From: Scyliorhinus canicula
Taxonomy: Eukaryota
Length of the DNA stretch: 64,000 nt
Direction: 5' to 3'
Assembly (NCBI RefSeq): GCF_902713615.1
Contig: NC_052158.1
Span: 111,736,540-111,800,539, forward strand
Under the pieces are notes generated by a model. The model saw only the letters and a list, made by a program, of their open reading frames with translations. It was not told the origin of the DNA and ran no database searches. Shown one piece after another: positions 24,251-36,919 of this stretch (within the stretch, counting starts at the first letter, position 1; each line of letters begins with the position of its first letter). The translations under genes were made by a program, and so were the position numbers.

Positions 24251-25529
24251 AAATTTCAGCCCCTTTCCCCCCCCCCCCCCCCCCCCCCCCCCAAGAGAAA
24301 AGAAATGCAGCCTGTCAATCCTATCCTGATATCTATACCAACACACTTCTGGTATTATCCTTGTTCGAAAACTTGATTGGACTAAAAAGTTACTTACAAG
24401 ACGGAAGTTATTTTTCCCCACAGAAAATCTTTGAGGAAGATTGGCCTATTAGATACCATTTAGATAGCAAAGGTCATTCAAGGAATATTGGAATTATGTG
24501 CTTTTCCTCTGCATTGATATGCATTTGGAAAACTAAATGATCTAAACTCATAGAGGTAGTGTACCTGAACACTATCCATGATAGCAGAGTGTACCGCCAA
24601 ATGGCTATCAAGGCTTTTGTGTGCCAGAATGCATTATGTAATAGAAAGAGAGGCTGCTTTGTAATATTCTAACACTCCATCAAAGTTACATGAACAGGAG
24701 GGCGGTTTTGCTCAGAAATAATAGTCAGTTTTACAGAGCTACAGCAACCTTGTACATGTTACATAACAATGCATTGTGTTGCACAGCAAAATTCCTGTAT
24801 GTAGAATGGCTAACAATGACTGTCACAAAAGCCTCTCAAAATAATTCCCAAGCATAATTTTGGTTGGTCTGCATTTTTTTGTAATGCCATCAGTATAAGT
24901 ATCAATTTCAGAAAAAAACACCCCTCACTGGAGCAATTTGAATTTTAACACTGTCCTATTCATCAGCCTTGTGATCTTTTTAATTTTGCTGCCAATTTTG
25001 TGTTAATTACTGCAAGCTTGTATAATTTTGTGCTGTGGGGGGCTGATGTCCATGGAGACAAATGATTTGAGGCTTCTCAAATTGATTTTGCTAGCTTTAT
25101 CCCAGCTGGTTAGGCATCTGAAGGAGCTGGAACTTTTGTAAACTAGCAAACTTTCCACTATGCTGTCTGTGGTCAGTCAGGTGATGCACTGTTTTATACC
25201 ACTGTGAGTCACGCAGTGTAACACGTTATTCTGCCACGAAAGTGAATCTCTGCTCGAGCTGCTCTGTCACTTTAGGGTTACAGTGCAGTTAATAGAAGCA
25301 AGCGGAAAGTAATTGGTGTTTAATTGCTGTTTGTTGAGGGAAGTTTCTGGACTGGAAGCTCTTGGTAAGGGAGCAACTACAAATCGAAAAAGAGGAATGA
25401 CTACTTTTCTTCCATATTATATGGACTCATTCTAAAATGACAGAGTTGGAATTTGGGTTAGGCTTGAAATGTGTACAAACTGCACTAGTTTGGAATATCT
25501 GGATTTTTGAAAATTTGTTCATGTGATGT

Positions 25530-25888
25530 GGGCATCAAAGGCATTTACTGCCCATCCCTGACTGCTCTGGAAGTGGCAGTGGTGAACCACTGAACCACTG
25601 TCGCTCATCTTCTGAGGGTACACCCACAGAGTTCTTGGGCAGGGAGTTTTGATGTTTTGAATCAATGTTGAAGGAATTATGATATATTTCCAATTCGGGA
25701 TGATGTGTGACTTGGAAAGGAATTTCAGATGGTGTTATTCCCACACGTCATCCTTCTAGTTAGTGGAGGTCCCAGGTTTGGAAGATGTTGTTGAAGAAGC
25801 TTTGGCAAGTGCACTGTAATATTCTACTTGAGAGTATGTGGTAGCCATGGATTACTGATGGTGGAGAGAGAATTTAAATGACAGGTGA
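25530..25888 (-). mobile_element. Old LINE 3' fragment (probably continues at 27085-27730)
   Basis: Minus-strand NSLPKNSVG.. followed by GGGATGGGCAGTAAATGC 3' end. Confidence 0.55.
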
Positions 25889-27084
25889 GGGCTGGAGTTG
25901 TCCCGGTCCGAACGCTAAAATCGGCCTTTGCGATTGGGTGTCAGACCCATGCGAGTCTCCAGTCCTGCCCCACCAACCATAACGGGCTTCCTGTCCAGAC
26001 CAGGCAGTAGCCCAATTATCATGTGAAACCCCTTTTTTACGTGACACTGCAGTTCGAAAAATGCAACTAAAACCACTTAGCTGCTTTGAAGTTGCCTGGA
26101 GCTGTCAATCAGCACAAGGATGTTTATAAAGGTTGTGGTTAGGAACAATGAGGGTACTTTAGCGGAAAGTAAATAAAGCTCCTCCCACCTGTGTAAAATC
26201 CATTATGCTGTCAATCAAAGGCTCGTCAAAGGTACTGGATTGTGAAATTGAATGAATGCAAAGGTTTTCAAACGTTTCGAGCTTTCGAGGGCGGCTCAGA
26301 ACAAAATGCAGTGTTCGACGCATGGGATTGAGTGAGCAGCTGTGGAAAAAGGGAAAGTACTAAAGGCTTCCTGGCTTGTCTCAAAAATGAACTGTTTGAT
26401 CTGCACTGCAGCTATCAAGAAGAGCAGTTCAAAGTGGCCAGCTGCATTTGCTGCCCATGCAGACTCCAAATTGGGATTCCCACCCCCCCCTTATGAAATT
26501 GATGTCTCTTGTCAGTTCAAGGGGTCTGAGGGCTCTTCTCACACCTTCAGCTTCTGAGAGAGAGGAATCCCTTCTGCAGAATGCAGTTCTGCTGTGAATT
26601 GGAAGTCTTCCAGGTATCCAGCGGTCATGGAGATTAAAGTGACCAGGCAACTTCACAGTTTTCACAGTACATGGACAAGAATGAAGATTTTAATCAGATA
26701 GCTGCCTGAAATCAGCATGCAAAGAGTGATCTTCAGGTTTCCCATGGTTAGAAGGGATGATCAGGCCACGAGATCCCCAACCCAGGGGAGAGCCCGGAGG
26801 TCAACCCCAAGGATCCCTGAAAGGACACTCCCTCTGCAGCCTTACATCAATTGTGATGCACATGGGGGTTGGGTCACCCTCATGACTCTGTGGTGTGGAG
26901 GAGGACAGGGTCTGTCTGTGAATGCTGGAATCGGGCACCCTTCCAAAATCGGGGAAGGCAGACTGGCCGGCCTGCTTCCTGATATTTCAAAATGTTAAAG
27001 GTGGATGAATCCCACCTGGAATGTGCTGCTAGCGCCAGTGGGAAGCACTCCGGTTTTCTTGCTGCAATCTGGAGAATCACGCCC
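25889..27084. mobile_element. Non-autonomous Harbinger derivative
   Basis: Ends GGGCTGGAGTTGTCC and GGAGAATCACGCCC, same TIR family as other copies in the window. Confidence 0.6.
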
Positions 27085-28139
27085 GATGTATCAATCATGT
27101 CTTTTGTCCTGAATGGTGTTGAATCTATGGAGTTGCACTTATTCTAACACTCACAACCATGTTCCTTTGTCCTCGGCATGATGCCAGCCAGTGGAGCACT
27201 TTTCCCATGATGCTCACTGACTTCAGTTTTGCAAATGCACCTTGATGCCTCAGTTGATTCCCATCTGGAATTCAGCACCTTCATGCATTTTTAGGCAAAG
27301 GTTGTAAAGTCTGGAGCGGAGTGGTCTTGGCAGAATCCAAACTGATGAATAGTGAGCCAGGTTACATCCTGCTGTTAATGATACTCAACATCAGATTGCT
27401 GATGGCTGAGAATAGACTTTGGGGGCAGTAATTGGTCAGATTAGATGTGTCTTTCATTTTGTGGACAGAACCGGACATAACTAGGCAGTTTTCCACATTA
27501 CCTGGTAGATACCAGTGTTTTAACTATACTGGAACAGCCTTACTAGAGGTAAGTTCTGGAGCGCGGGTCTTCACTACAGCTGGCCTGTTGTCAGTCTCCA
27601 TGGGCTTTTGCTCTATCCAGTGCTTTCAGCAGTTTCTTCATATCACATGGAGTGAAGCAGATTGGCTAAAGACTGGTGTCTGTGCTGGTAAGGATCTAAG
27701 GAAAAGACTGAGATGAATGATTAATTTCTGCCCATTTGACTACTCCTTCTGTATTAGCATTTTTACCTTCTAACATTGTGGAACAATACTATTGACTATT
27801 CATATGTAGCAAAGTAAAACAGGAGATATGCCTAATTGTCATCAATACCAACCTAGAAAACTATCAAGAGCTGGCAAAGCAGGTTTAAAAATGCTAAATC
27901 AGTCGTATGAGAATGGACCCAGATGTAAAAACATGTCGTCACAGGAATTTTATGATTCAATCAATAAGTATACTCAACATTCTTCCAGTCATATCCTGTC
28001 AACATTACTCACAAATAATTGCCTGGACGTTTATTTTGTCACTGATGGGACCCTGCTGTCAGCAGGTTAGCAGCCATGATGCCAACTTTACAGCAGCAGT
28101 TACACTTCGGAAAATATAACACTTTGCAATCAAAATGAC

Positions 28140-28400
28140 AACAAGTTCTCTAACATAATGTCTCAAGGTGCTTCCCAGGCACATTATAAAATAGGTATGA
28201 CACAGTGCCAGAAAGGAAAATATTCGGCCTGATGACCAAAAGCTTGGTCAAAGAGGTAGATTGTAAGGGTTCCTTGAAGGGTGAGAGGTGCAGGAAGGGA
28301 ATTTGAGAACTTGGGGCAATTGAACTCAGAGCCACCAATGGTGGAGCAATTATCATTGGGAAAGCAGAAAAGTTTTGAATTCGAGGAGATATGCTCCAAG
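28140..28400 (-). mobile_element. L2-like LINE 3' end
   Basis: GACCAAAAGCTTGGTCAAAGAGG..AAGG; related decayed copy at 61490-61620. Confidence 0.55.
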
Positions 28401-28423
28401 GGCCATGAGTTTTAAAAAAACAT

Positions 28424-28625
28424 AGGCGGGATTCTCTGAGCCTAAATTGCGTTCGGGGCGGAGAATGATCGGCAAACCGGATATTCGTCCCCCGAGACTC
28501 ACTCGCGAAGCGCGCACGCGTACTACGCGGCGCGGGTAAGGGGCTATTGACAGAGGCCCCCCCATGATTCTCCGAGCGATACTGGCCGAGTTCCCGACAG
28601 TGTGGTTCTGACCACCTATTGGCCG
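28424..28625. mobile_element. Harbinger MITE fragment
   Basis: AGGCGGGATTCTC TIR start; CpG-rich. Confidence 0.55.
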
Positions 28626-29799
28626 TCTCATAGGGGATAATCTTGATCTCTCTATTGCCCTGTTCTTTTTGGTGGGAATGGGATTATAGGCGGAAATAAT
28701 TTCCCTGATTTGGTTCTCCTATTTTTGTCTGGGCCATGAAATAGAAACGCAAGGCTTCTACCAGAAACATGTGTGGCCATTTCTAATAATATGTAAATTG
28801 GGATCCTGTGACTTGCATAGACAAGCAATGAATGTTTTCTGGGTAAACACAGACAGCATGAACTCTGTCCACTGCCAACATTGCAAAGAGAAAGTGGCTG
28901 AGACAGCCTCTAAGCCAGTGTTGCTTCATGTGATCAATGGGAGCTGCTGAACCAGCAGGTGCTACATGATCTTTAGGGTGGAATTCTCCCATCTTGCCCA
29001 TGGCGGGTTGGCTGATGGACGGGCACAGCGACTCAAGTCGGAAATCCACCGGTGTAAAAGCGCGTAGCAGTTCTCCCAGTGGAAGATCGGTCTTTCCGCT
29101 GGCTAGTAGCATGAACCCTGTTCGCATTAATTTGCATCTCATGAATGCTCAAAATACAGCATCCCTTCAGGCCTTTCAATCTTGCATCAAGCTAGTGGGA
29201 AATCACATCGGTCTAGAACCCGATTGGCATTCTCAAGGCGCCTCCTTGGTTGGCAAGAGACATGCAGGGCTGCCTTACTGCTGCGCTGCTCCTGATGCGC
29301 GATTCACTCTGTTGGGACAGCCTGACTTCCCACCTTAATTTCCATGATGAGCTGGTCTTCATGGTCTGATGATAATGGGGGGTGAGGGGGGGGGGGGGGG
29401 TGAAATGGAAGGAGGGTTGTGCAGGCAGGAGGGAGGTGGGAAGGTTGAGGGCACACAATGGCAGGCAGAGAGGCAAGGAGGTGGATGGAGAGGACGATCA
29501 ATGGAAGACAGATTATACTGGGAAGAGGGAAGCTGGACCCCATAAGGCTGTATGTAAAGCTCACAAACAAGGAGGTCAGAGGGATAACACATCATTTATT
29601 GGAAATGGACACACAAAGACTCCAAATGCGGTGGATAGAGGTGCAAGTGGGGCATGGGTGCCTCATAGGTGATGAGTTCTGGGAGAGGGTGGTTGAACCG
29701 CAAAAGATCCTTTTTCCTCTGAGTTGATGACATCCTGCACGGTCTGGTGAAGACAGATGTGCTGGAGAGAGTGATGTGAGGGTGCTGGACTGGATGTGA

Positions 29800-30147
29800 G
29801 GGCAGCACGGTAGCATGGTGGTTAGCATAAATGCTTCACAGCTCCAGGGTCCCAGATTCAGTTCCCGGCTGGGTCACTGTCTGTGCGGAGTCTGCACGTC
29901 CTCCCCGTGTGTGCGTGGGTTTCCTCCGGGTGCTCCGGTTTCCTCCCACAGTCCAAAGATGTGCGGGTTAGGTGGATTGGCCATGCTAAATTGCCCGTAG
30001 TGTCCTAAAAGTAAGGTTAAAGGGGGGGGGGGGTTGTTGGGTTATGGGTATAGGGTGGATACGTGGGTTTGAGTAGGGTGATCATTGCTCGGCACAACAT
30101 CGAGGGCCGAAGGGCCTGTTCTGTGCTGTACTGTTCTATGTTCTATG
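29800..30147 (+). mobile_element. Full HE1/V-SINE with CR1-derived tail
   Basis: GGGCAGCACGGTAGC head, V-domain GGTTAGGTGGATTGGCCATGCTAAATTGCCC, tail CATCGAGGGCCGAAGGGCCTG..(TTCTATG)n nearly identical to the CR1 3' ends at 8660-8719 and 39344-39400. Confidence 0.95.
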
Positions 30148-31738
30148 TATTTAAATTTGGTTCCAGAACCATTGAATCCACCAGCTGACAGTAGGCCAGT
30201 GAATCAGTTGCCAGTCTGCCAGGTGCCTCATAGGAGCCAGTATAAGCAAAAAACCCTCCTGCCTGTTTGCTGACCTTTTGTGTATTGATCTGGCACTCGA
30301 AAGAACCTGTTTGTTTCTTCTGCTATGCTCACTGAATTCTCCACCTCCTGACCTGATTGACAAATTGCCTTTCAAGGCTTGAAACAAATTAGAATCTCCC
30401 CAGAGTGAATAGAAACCTCATCATCAATGTCATTTTGATCTGTAATCTGGATTTCCAATACTGACATTTGGAATCTGCTGGACAAAACATTTATCCTTTC
30501 CGTTACTGGCTTGATATGCACCCCTATTTAATATATTAATTCAAAAGAAACAGTCCTTTTAATTTGCATACAATGAATTTAATTTTAATAGTTGCCAGAA
30601 AATTGATTTTTTGATTTGCAGATTATACACACTGACTGTGCCAGATTCATGTCTGCATCAGAATGACATATGATGCATAAGCTTCTGTTATGTTTTTCAG
30701 AGCAAAAGACCATCAGATAAGAAATAGTTTCTCCCTACAGCCACCTTTTCATGTAATTTTACACCTAATAAAATACTTAACCTGACCATCATCCATTCAT
30801 GTGCTATCTTTCTATCTGTAATCTAATAAAGACTGATGTACTGCATGTCTTCTCCACATTGCCGTGGGCTTGGCTGTGCATCACAAACAGGTGGTCCAGC
30901 AGCCAAACTGGAGGTTCAGAGGAAACGTTAGCACTTTAGCTTGCAGCTATCACCAGGAGGATACTATAGGGGCGTTATGACTAAATTGACCTGGAACAAC
31001 CAGTTGAACTAGTGCCAGGGAATCACAGTGGGGCTGATGATGTAATAATTTCTTCGTTCAGATTTTTACTTGCTAGCTTGTTCACCAAAAGGCGGTTTCT
31101 GGGGAGCGAAGCCTGTTGAATCTGCTGGAGGGAGGTGCAATGTGGTCTGAGCTGGGTCTCTTTTTAGATTGTCCAACCCATACAATTGTACAGTGCCTTG
31201 AGCCAATCATGGGCAGAGGGTGAATCCAGTGATGTTTTAATGATCATGCATTAGTTGACTTGCAAAATTAAACTTGTGCATGGCAAGGTAAATGCCACTA
31301 TTCAGTCTGCACGATTGCTATAAACAATCTGACAAATAAATTAATAGATTTCAATATAATTTCTTGCAATAACTGTGATTATTTGTAAAATATATGATTC
31401 TCAGGAGCCCAATACAAAACAACAGCTTGGACCAGGATTCTTATTTTCCAAATAAAAAGCTATGGACACGATTCTCCGGAAAGTGTTGTAGCGAGCAGGA
31501 ACAGCTGCGGGTTTCCCGGCGCTTGGCCCAGAGAGGCCGACAACGCTATTCAACGTTAATTGGTCTACTTAACAAGGCCCCACGGGCTTCTACCTGCAAA
31601 CAAAGGCTCGCCAGACCCCCATTAACAAGGTCAAATAGCACTTAAGTAGCATTTGCTCAGCCAACCCCAGCCAGCTCACAACAATGGCGCCTCGGAGACT
31701 GGCCCCAAGATTCGGGGATGCAGATCTGGGGAGACTTC

Positions 31739-32101
31739 ACCAGTATATCATGGTGCAGACACACACACTGATGGACATACACTAGGACCAATCAACAGAC
31801 ACAAATACTGCAGCCAATCACCAGTTAAAACACACTATAAAGACAGAGGGCATCACTTTTCCCGCTCATTCTGGATGCTGCCTCTCAGAAGGACAGAGCT
31901 TATAAATTACAGCACAGACTCGCACCACATGCTGAATGATTCGACTGGTTAGGACAGTCACAGATCTCTAGTTAATCTAGCATTGTGTAACCCACAGTAA
32001 TAGTATGTTTAGCAGTTTATAATTTAATAAAATAGTGTTGAACTATTTTAAGTGTTGGTGGCCTGTATGTGTTTCACGGATCCAGAGCACCTAACACATC
32101 A
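31739..32101 (+). repeat. Solo-LTR-like insertion interrupting the Myb/SANT ORF
   Basis: CCAAT x2, TATAAA, AATAAA, ends ACACATCA; flanking TTC duplicated; layout resembles LTR 3879-4281. Confidence 0.7.
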
Positions 32102-32924
32102 TTCTGGATGCAGTGGAGGCCAGGACGGATGTTCTGTTTCCTCGAGGGTCCAAGAGGATCAGTCACAGGACAGCCAGTGCCGCCGGTAGCTCTGAGCACC
32201 GGGAGTGTAACCAGGAGGATTGACCTGCAGTGCCAGAAAAAGGTCAACAATCTACCCTGGGCAGCAGGAGTGAATAGACACAAATGCCCATCTCTCCCCA
32301 CCCCCACCCCCCCACCCACACCGAGACCTTTCCGTCCCCACGTGACCATACAACCTGCAATTCCCCATGCGACCCCCAACCATCCCTCCACCGCCCTATC
32401 CCTTCAACCCCCCTCCGACCATTACATCATCACCCCCCCCCCCACCTCTACACCACTGAACAACTCACCACTGAACGCATGATGCCCTCTCTGTGTCTCC
32501 TCAGGAAAAGCTGTTGCATAACCATTGGGAGAGTGCCCAGACTGGTGGCCAGACATATGAATCCTTACCACCTTCGAGCAGCATGGTCTGGAGGAGACTA
32601 GGGTGACCAAGGACAGAGTGGTCACCAATGTGGGGGCTGGCGGACGCCGCAGAGGTGAGAAACCACCGGGGCCCACCCGGAGGGCCTGTCAAACGTCAGT
32701 TGCTATTGGCTAACTGACTGACCCGTCCCTCCCACTGACCACATGCCATTCACCTGCAGGTCCAGCAGCCTATGATGCAGGCCCAGCCCGGGTGGCCCCC
32801 ACCCAGCCCCCCAGGAGAACAACTCGAAGGAGACCTCCGAGAAAGACATGATCGAGGCGTCGCAGCTGTAATCCCCTCCACCAGCACAGATACACACACC
32901 CCAGGCACAATCTGGTGAGACTGT

Positions 32925-33222
32925 TTTTTTAAATTATAAATTTAGAGTACCCAATTCATTTTTTCCAATTAAGGGACAATTTAGCATTGCCAATCCACCT
33001 ACCCTGCACATAGAACATAGAACAGTACAGCACAGAACAGGCCCTTCGGCCCTCGATGTTGTGCCGAGCAATGATCACATCTTTGGGTTGTGGGAGCGAA
33101 ACCCACGCAAACACAGGGAGAATGGGCAAAATCCACACAGACAGTGACCCAGAGCCAAGATCGAACCTGGGACCTCGGCGCTGTGAGGCAGCAGTGCTAA
33201 CCACTGCACCACTGTGCTGCCC
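32925..33222 (-). mobile_element. HE1-type SINE (A-tail subfamily) containing a 64-bp SINE/CR1 tail insert (33012-33075)
   Basis: V-domain split by the insert, with CACAT duplicated at 33007-33011 and 33076-33080. Confidence 0.9.
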
Positions 33223-33714
33223 AAGCACCACACTGTTGATGATGCACATCAGGTGGAGGCAGGAACTCCCAAACAAGACAAAAGTCGGAGGTCTGCTGGA
33301 TCCCAGGACCCAGCTGGGTCCAGTCCCGATGTTGAGCCTATGGAACAGGCTATCCCGGGACTGTATCACAACTCCTGGGTGTTCGGATATGGGCTGATGT
33401 ATGTGTGGTGCTGTACCCGACAGTCAAGTGCAGTGTCCAAACATCAAACTGTGATGGGAGGCAAGGCAATGAACTGCAAATGCTTCATGCCCCACCCACC
33501 GATGGTAATCCACTTGGGCTGTGTGAAGTGCTCACTTAACCACAATTGCCCATTCCCTATTAGCAACAGCCTTCAGTCGCACAGCCAGAGGCTATAGCAG
33601 TCGATGGGGTTATGGGTGGTCAGTGGGACAGACGGGCAGGGAGAAGGGTTGACCCCAAACAGGTACACACGATCCGGGGGTTGGGATGGTGGTGCCGTGC
33701 ATGATTGCCTCCTG

Positions 33715-33897
33715 GTTACATAGATACATAGAAGAAAGGAGCAGGAGGCGGTGTTTTGGCCCTCTGAGCCTGCTCCGCCATTCATCGCGATCATGACTGA
33801 TCATCCAACACAATAGTCTAAACCTGCTTTCTCCCCACAGCCTTTGATCCCGTTCTCCCCAAGTGCTATATCTAGTTGCCTCTTGAATATATTCACT
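33715..33897 (-). mobile_element. CR1-type 3' end fragment
   Basis: ACATAGATACATAGAA tail; minus strand reads IFKRQLDIALG..GIKG.GE. Confidence 0.8.
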
Positions 33898-34106
33898 AGT
33901 TGCCCCCCAGTGCCTCCTCCTTCTCTCCCATGGCAGTACACCCCTAGCCGACGGGTCCCCATCACTAGCCGAGGGTTTCCCACCCCCCGGTGAGCACTGG
34001 GGGGCAAGTCCAGCGCTCCCGGGCTCTTTGCCTGTGAGCAAAGATTTCTACTCGCCTTCTCGGCTCCCTACTGAAGCCCTTCCGCCAGGTTCACATTTTA
34101 AAAAAG

Positions 34107-34453
34107 GAGCAGCACGGTAGCATTGTGGATAGCACAATGGCTTCACAGCTCCAGGGTCCCAGGTTCGATTCCGGCTTGGGTCACTGTCTGTGCGGAGTAT
34201 GCACATCCTCCCCGTGTGTGCGTGGGTTTCCTCCGGGTGCTCCGGTTTCCTCCCACAGTCCAAAGATGTGCAGGTTAGGTGGATTGGCCATGATAAATTG
34301 CCCTTAGTGTCCAAAATTGCCCTTGGTGTTGGGTGGGGCTACTGGGTTATTGGGATAGGGGGAGGTGTTGACCTTGGGTAGTGTGCTCTTTCCAAGAGCC
34401 GGTGCAGACTCGATGGGCCGAATGGCCTCCTTCTGCGCTGTAAATTCTATGAT
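34107..34453 (+). mobile_element. HE1/V-SINE
   Basis: A/B box, V-domain, tail GGGCCGAATGGCCTCCTTCTGCGCTGTAAATTCTATGAT. Confidence 0.93.
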
Positions 34454-34759
34454 AAGAGTACCAATCGGCACCAGCAGGACCGCTTGCTGGGGAAGCCGGT
34501 GAATCACGGGAGGCTGTTGGATATGGGGTGGTTCTCATTAATTGTTTGAAAATAGTTAAAGTTGGTTTCTCGCCACACTATGGCGGGATCCCAATTTCGC
34601 ATCCCAGAGTTGGCTAGTTGCATCGCAAACTGTTTGGCACCTGGCGCGGTTCTTGTTTTTGGAGTCACCCGCTATTCACCTGTCTTGTTTCGCTTGAGCG
34701 AGAGAGTAACAAGGCCAGAGAATTGCTCCTTATGTGTACCCACAATGGTCTCAATTACA

Positions 34760-35078
34760 GGGCAGCACAGTAGCACAAGTGGATAGCACTGTGGCTTCAC
34801 AGAGCCAGGGTCCCAGGTTCGATTCCCCACTGGGTCACTGTCTGTGTGGAGTCTGCACGTTCTCCCCTTGTCTGTGTGGGTTTCCTCCGGGTGCTCTGGT
34901 TTCATCCCCCAGTCCAAAGACGTGCAAGTTAGGTGGATTGACCATGATAAATTTCCCTTTGTGACCAAAAAGGTTAGGGGCGTTTATTGGGTTACGGGGA
35001 TAGAGTGGAAGTGAGGGCTTAAGTGGATCGTGCAGACTCGATGGGCCGAATGGCCTCCTTCTGCACTGCATGTTCTAT
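34760..35078 (+). mobile_element. HE1/V-SINE
   Basis: Same head and GGGCCGAATGGCCTCCTTCTGCACTG tail. Confidence 0.92.
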
Positions 35079-35204
35079 ATACCTGTCTTTTTGTGGATTA
35101 TGTGGAACACTAAGTGTTCAGTCCTACTCAGGCCCACTCTTGTTCCGTTACAACAATTACTCTATGTCAGTGCCGTTGTTATCTGGCATACTGACATCGA
35201 CCTC

Positions 35205-35808
35205 ATAGACGCTGAGCGCCAAATCTCAGTCACTTCCTCCTACCTGCCCTGGGTCATGACCCCATGACTGAATATCAAACTATTGTTTGCAAAACTGTCA
35301 CTGACCTTATCGTCACTGAGGATCTTCTCTCCATAGCCTCCAATCTCATAGCCTCCAACCCCACACATCCTGCTTCTACCTCCTTCCCAAAATCCACAAA
35401 CAGGACTGCCCAAGTATACCCATCATATCACCCTGTTCCTGACCCACCCAATTCATTCTTCCTATCTTGACTCCATCTCCTCTCCCCTTATCCAGTTTCT
35501 TCCCACCTACAACTGTGATTCTTCCAATGCCCCACATTGTATCAACAATTTCCAGTTCCCCAGCCCTAACTATCTCCTCTTCACTATGGATGTCCAATTC
35601 CTCTATGCCTCTATTCCCCCACCAGAAAGGTCTCAGGGCTCTGCGCTTCTTCATCGTGCAGAAATTGAACAATCTCCATCTTCCACCACTTTCCAACCTA
35701 ACCTTGTTTTGTCACTAAATAATTTATCCTTTAACTTTTCTCACTTCCTGCAAATGAAAGATATCGCTATGGGTACCCACATGGACTCCAGTTATGCCCA
35801 TCTTTGAA
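35205..35808 (+). pseudogene. Penelope-like RT fragment (old)
   Basis: FYLLPKIHKQDCP, FTMDVQFLYASIP, NNLSFNFSHFLQMKDIAMGTHM..SYA. Confidence 0.85.
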
Positions 35809-35811
35809 TAG

Positions 35812-36386
35812 TGTCATGTGAGAGTCCTTTTAAGAAAAGTGTGTTTTATCAAATGGCTGCAGTGATGTTATTGTGTTGCTGGAGCTGGAAGGTGATTCTG
35901 CTGTTTACTTTTGTTTTGAGCTGGAAGCTCTTTTTGGCTCTGTGTTTTAGTTTCACTTTCAGTTGGAGAGCTGCATTCATACCAAGCAGATGTATACTGG
36001 TCTATCTCTCTGTCTGTTAAACAAGGTGTTTAGATCACTTGATAATTTAAAAGTGATAACTGTTCTCTGTAGAGAATTCAAACCTACTGTCTTTGTTAAA
36101 AAGTGTTTTGGCTGATGGATGTTGTTAGGAAAGTTACTAAGGGTTACCTATAGAGTACTGGATCTTTTGGGGGGGGTTATCAGTGTTGGGAGTTGGTAAG
36201 ATATTTACTGTGAGTTTATAAAATGTTAACTGGATTCATAGAATAAACATTGGTTTGTTTTAAAAATACTTTCGGTCTCTGTTGCATCACGCCTGTAAAG
36301 TGGGCCCTTGTGCTCCCCATAACCAAAATCTATTCAAAGTTGTGGGTCAGGTGAACTCCATGATACACTTTGGTGTCTCTAAATCC
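35812..36386 (+). repeat. LTR-like sequence, 3' end truncated
   Basis: Starts TGTCATGTGAGAG, AATAAA at 36242; followed by a SINE/CR1 tail remnant (36384-36415). Confidence 0.55.
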
Positions 36387-36480
36387 TCCTTCTGCCCTGT
36401 AAATTCTATGATTCTCTGATATATTGTTTGTTCTTAAAGCTGCTGCTTCTTATTGCAGTTTCTAAATTCTTCCTCCTTTC

Positions 36481-36519
36481 AATTCTGACAAAGAGACGAT
36501 GGGTTCGAAACGTTAACTC
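36481..36519 (+). repeat. Left half of an old PLE pLTR with decayed hammerhead; right half at 50762-50845
   Basis: AATTCTGACAAAGAG..TTCGAAACGTTAACTC joins GTTAACTCTGTGTCTCTCC..AGATACTGCCAGACC..TTTCCA at 50762. Confidence 0.75.
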
Positions 36520-36562
36520 CTTTGTTAAAAAAAATCTTTTTATTGGCTTTTCTCATATTTAT

Positions 36563-36805
36563 TGTTTATTTATTTATTTTTAAAATTTAGATTACCCAAT
36601 TATTTTTTCCAATTAAGGGGCAATTTAGCGTGGCCAATCCACCTACTCTGCACATTTTGTTTTTTAGGTTGAGGGGGCGAAACCCACGTAGACACGGGGA
36701 GAATGTGCAAACTCCACATGGACAGTGACCCAGAGCCGGGATCGAACCTGGGACCTCAGCGCCGTGAGGTGGTTGTGCTAACCACTAGGCCACCATGCTG
36801 CCCTA
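36563..36805 (-). mobile_element. HE1-type SINE (A-rich tail) inside the L1 3' UTR
   Basis: 16-bp TSD CTTTTCTCATATTTAT at 36547-36562 and 36806-36821. Confidence 0.92.
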
Positions 36806-36919
36806 CTTTTCTCATATTTATAAACAGTTGTTGCTTATATATTTTTCTTGCTCGCGCTAATTTGCTTCATTTTACAGGGAGGTTTGTTTTGACCTTCATT
36901 TAACTAACTGTATGTACAT

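Larger units (their letters stand above)
31464..34730 (+). mobile_element. Non-autonomous Harbinger with spliced Myb/SANT pseudogene and nested inserts
   Basis: TIRs GGACACGATTCTCCGG / CCAGAGAATTGCTCCT, TSD TAT on both sides; MAPRRLAPRFGDADLGRL then LDAVEARTDVLFP..QCQKKVNNL; next exon EKLLHNHWESAQTGG. Confidence 0.85.

Noticed and set aside
24267-24292. Long poly-C/G runs (also about 15042, 17644, 23685, 29385) as functional G-quadruplexes
   Set aside because: Mostly within or beside repeats; homopolymer lengths are unreliable and nothing else supports function
29800-29875. tRNA genes at SINE heads
   Set aside because: A/B boxes run straight into the V-SINE body; no complete cloverleaf
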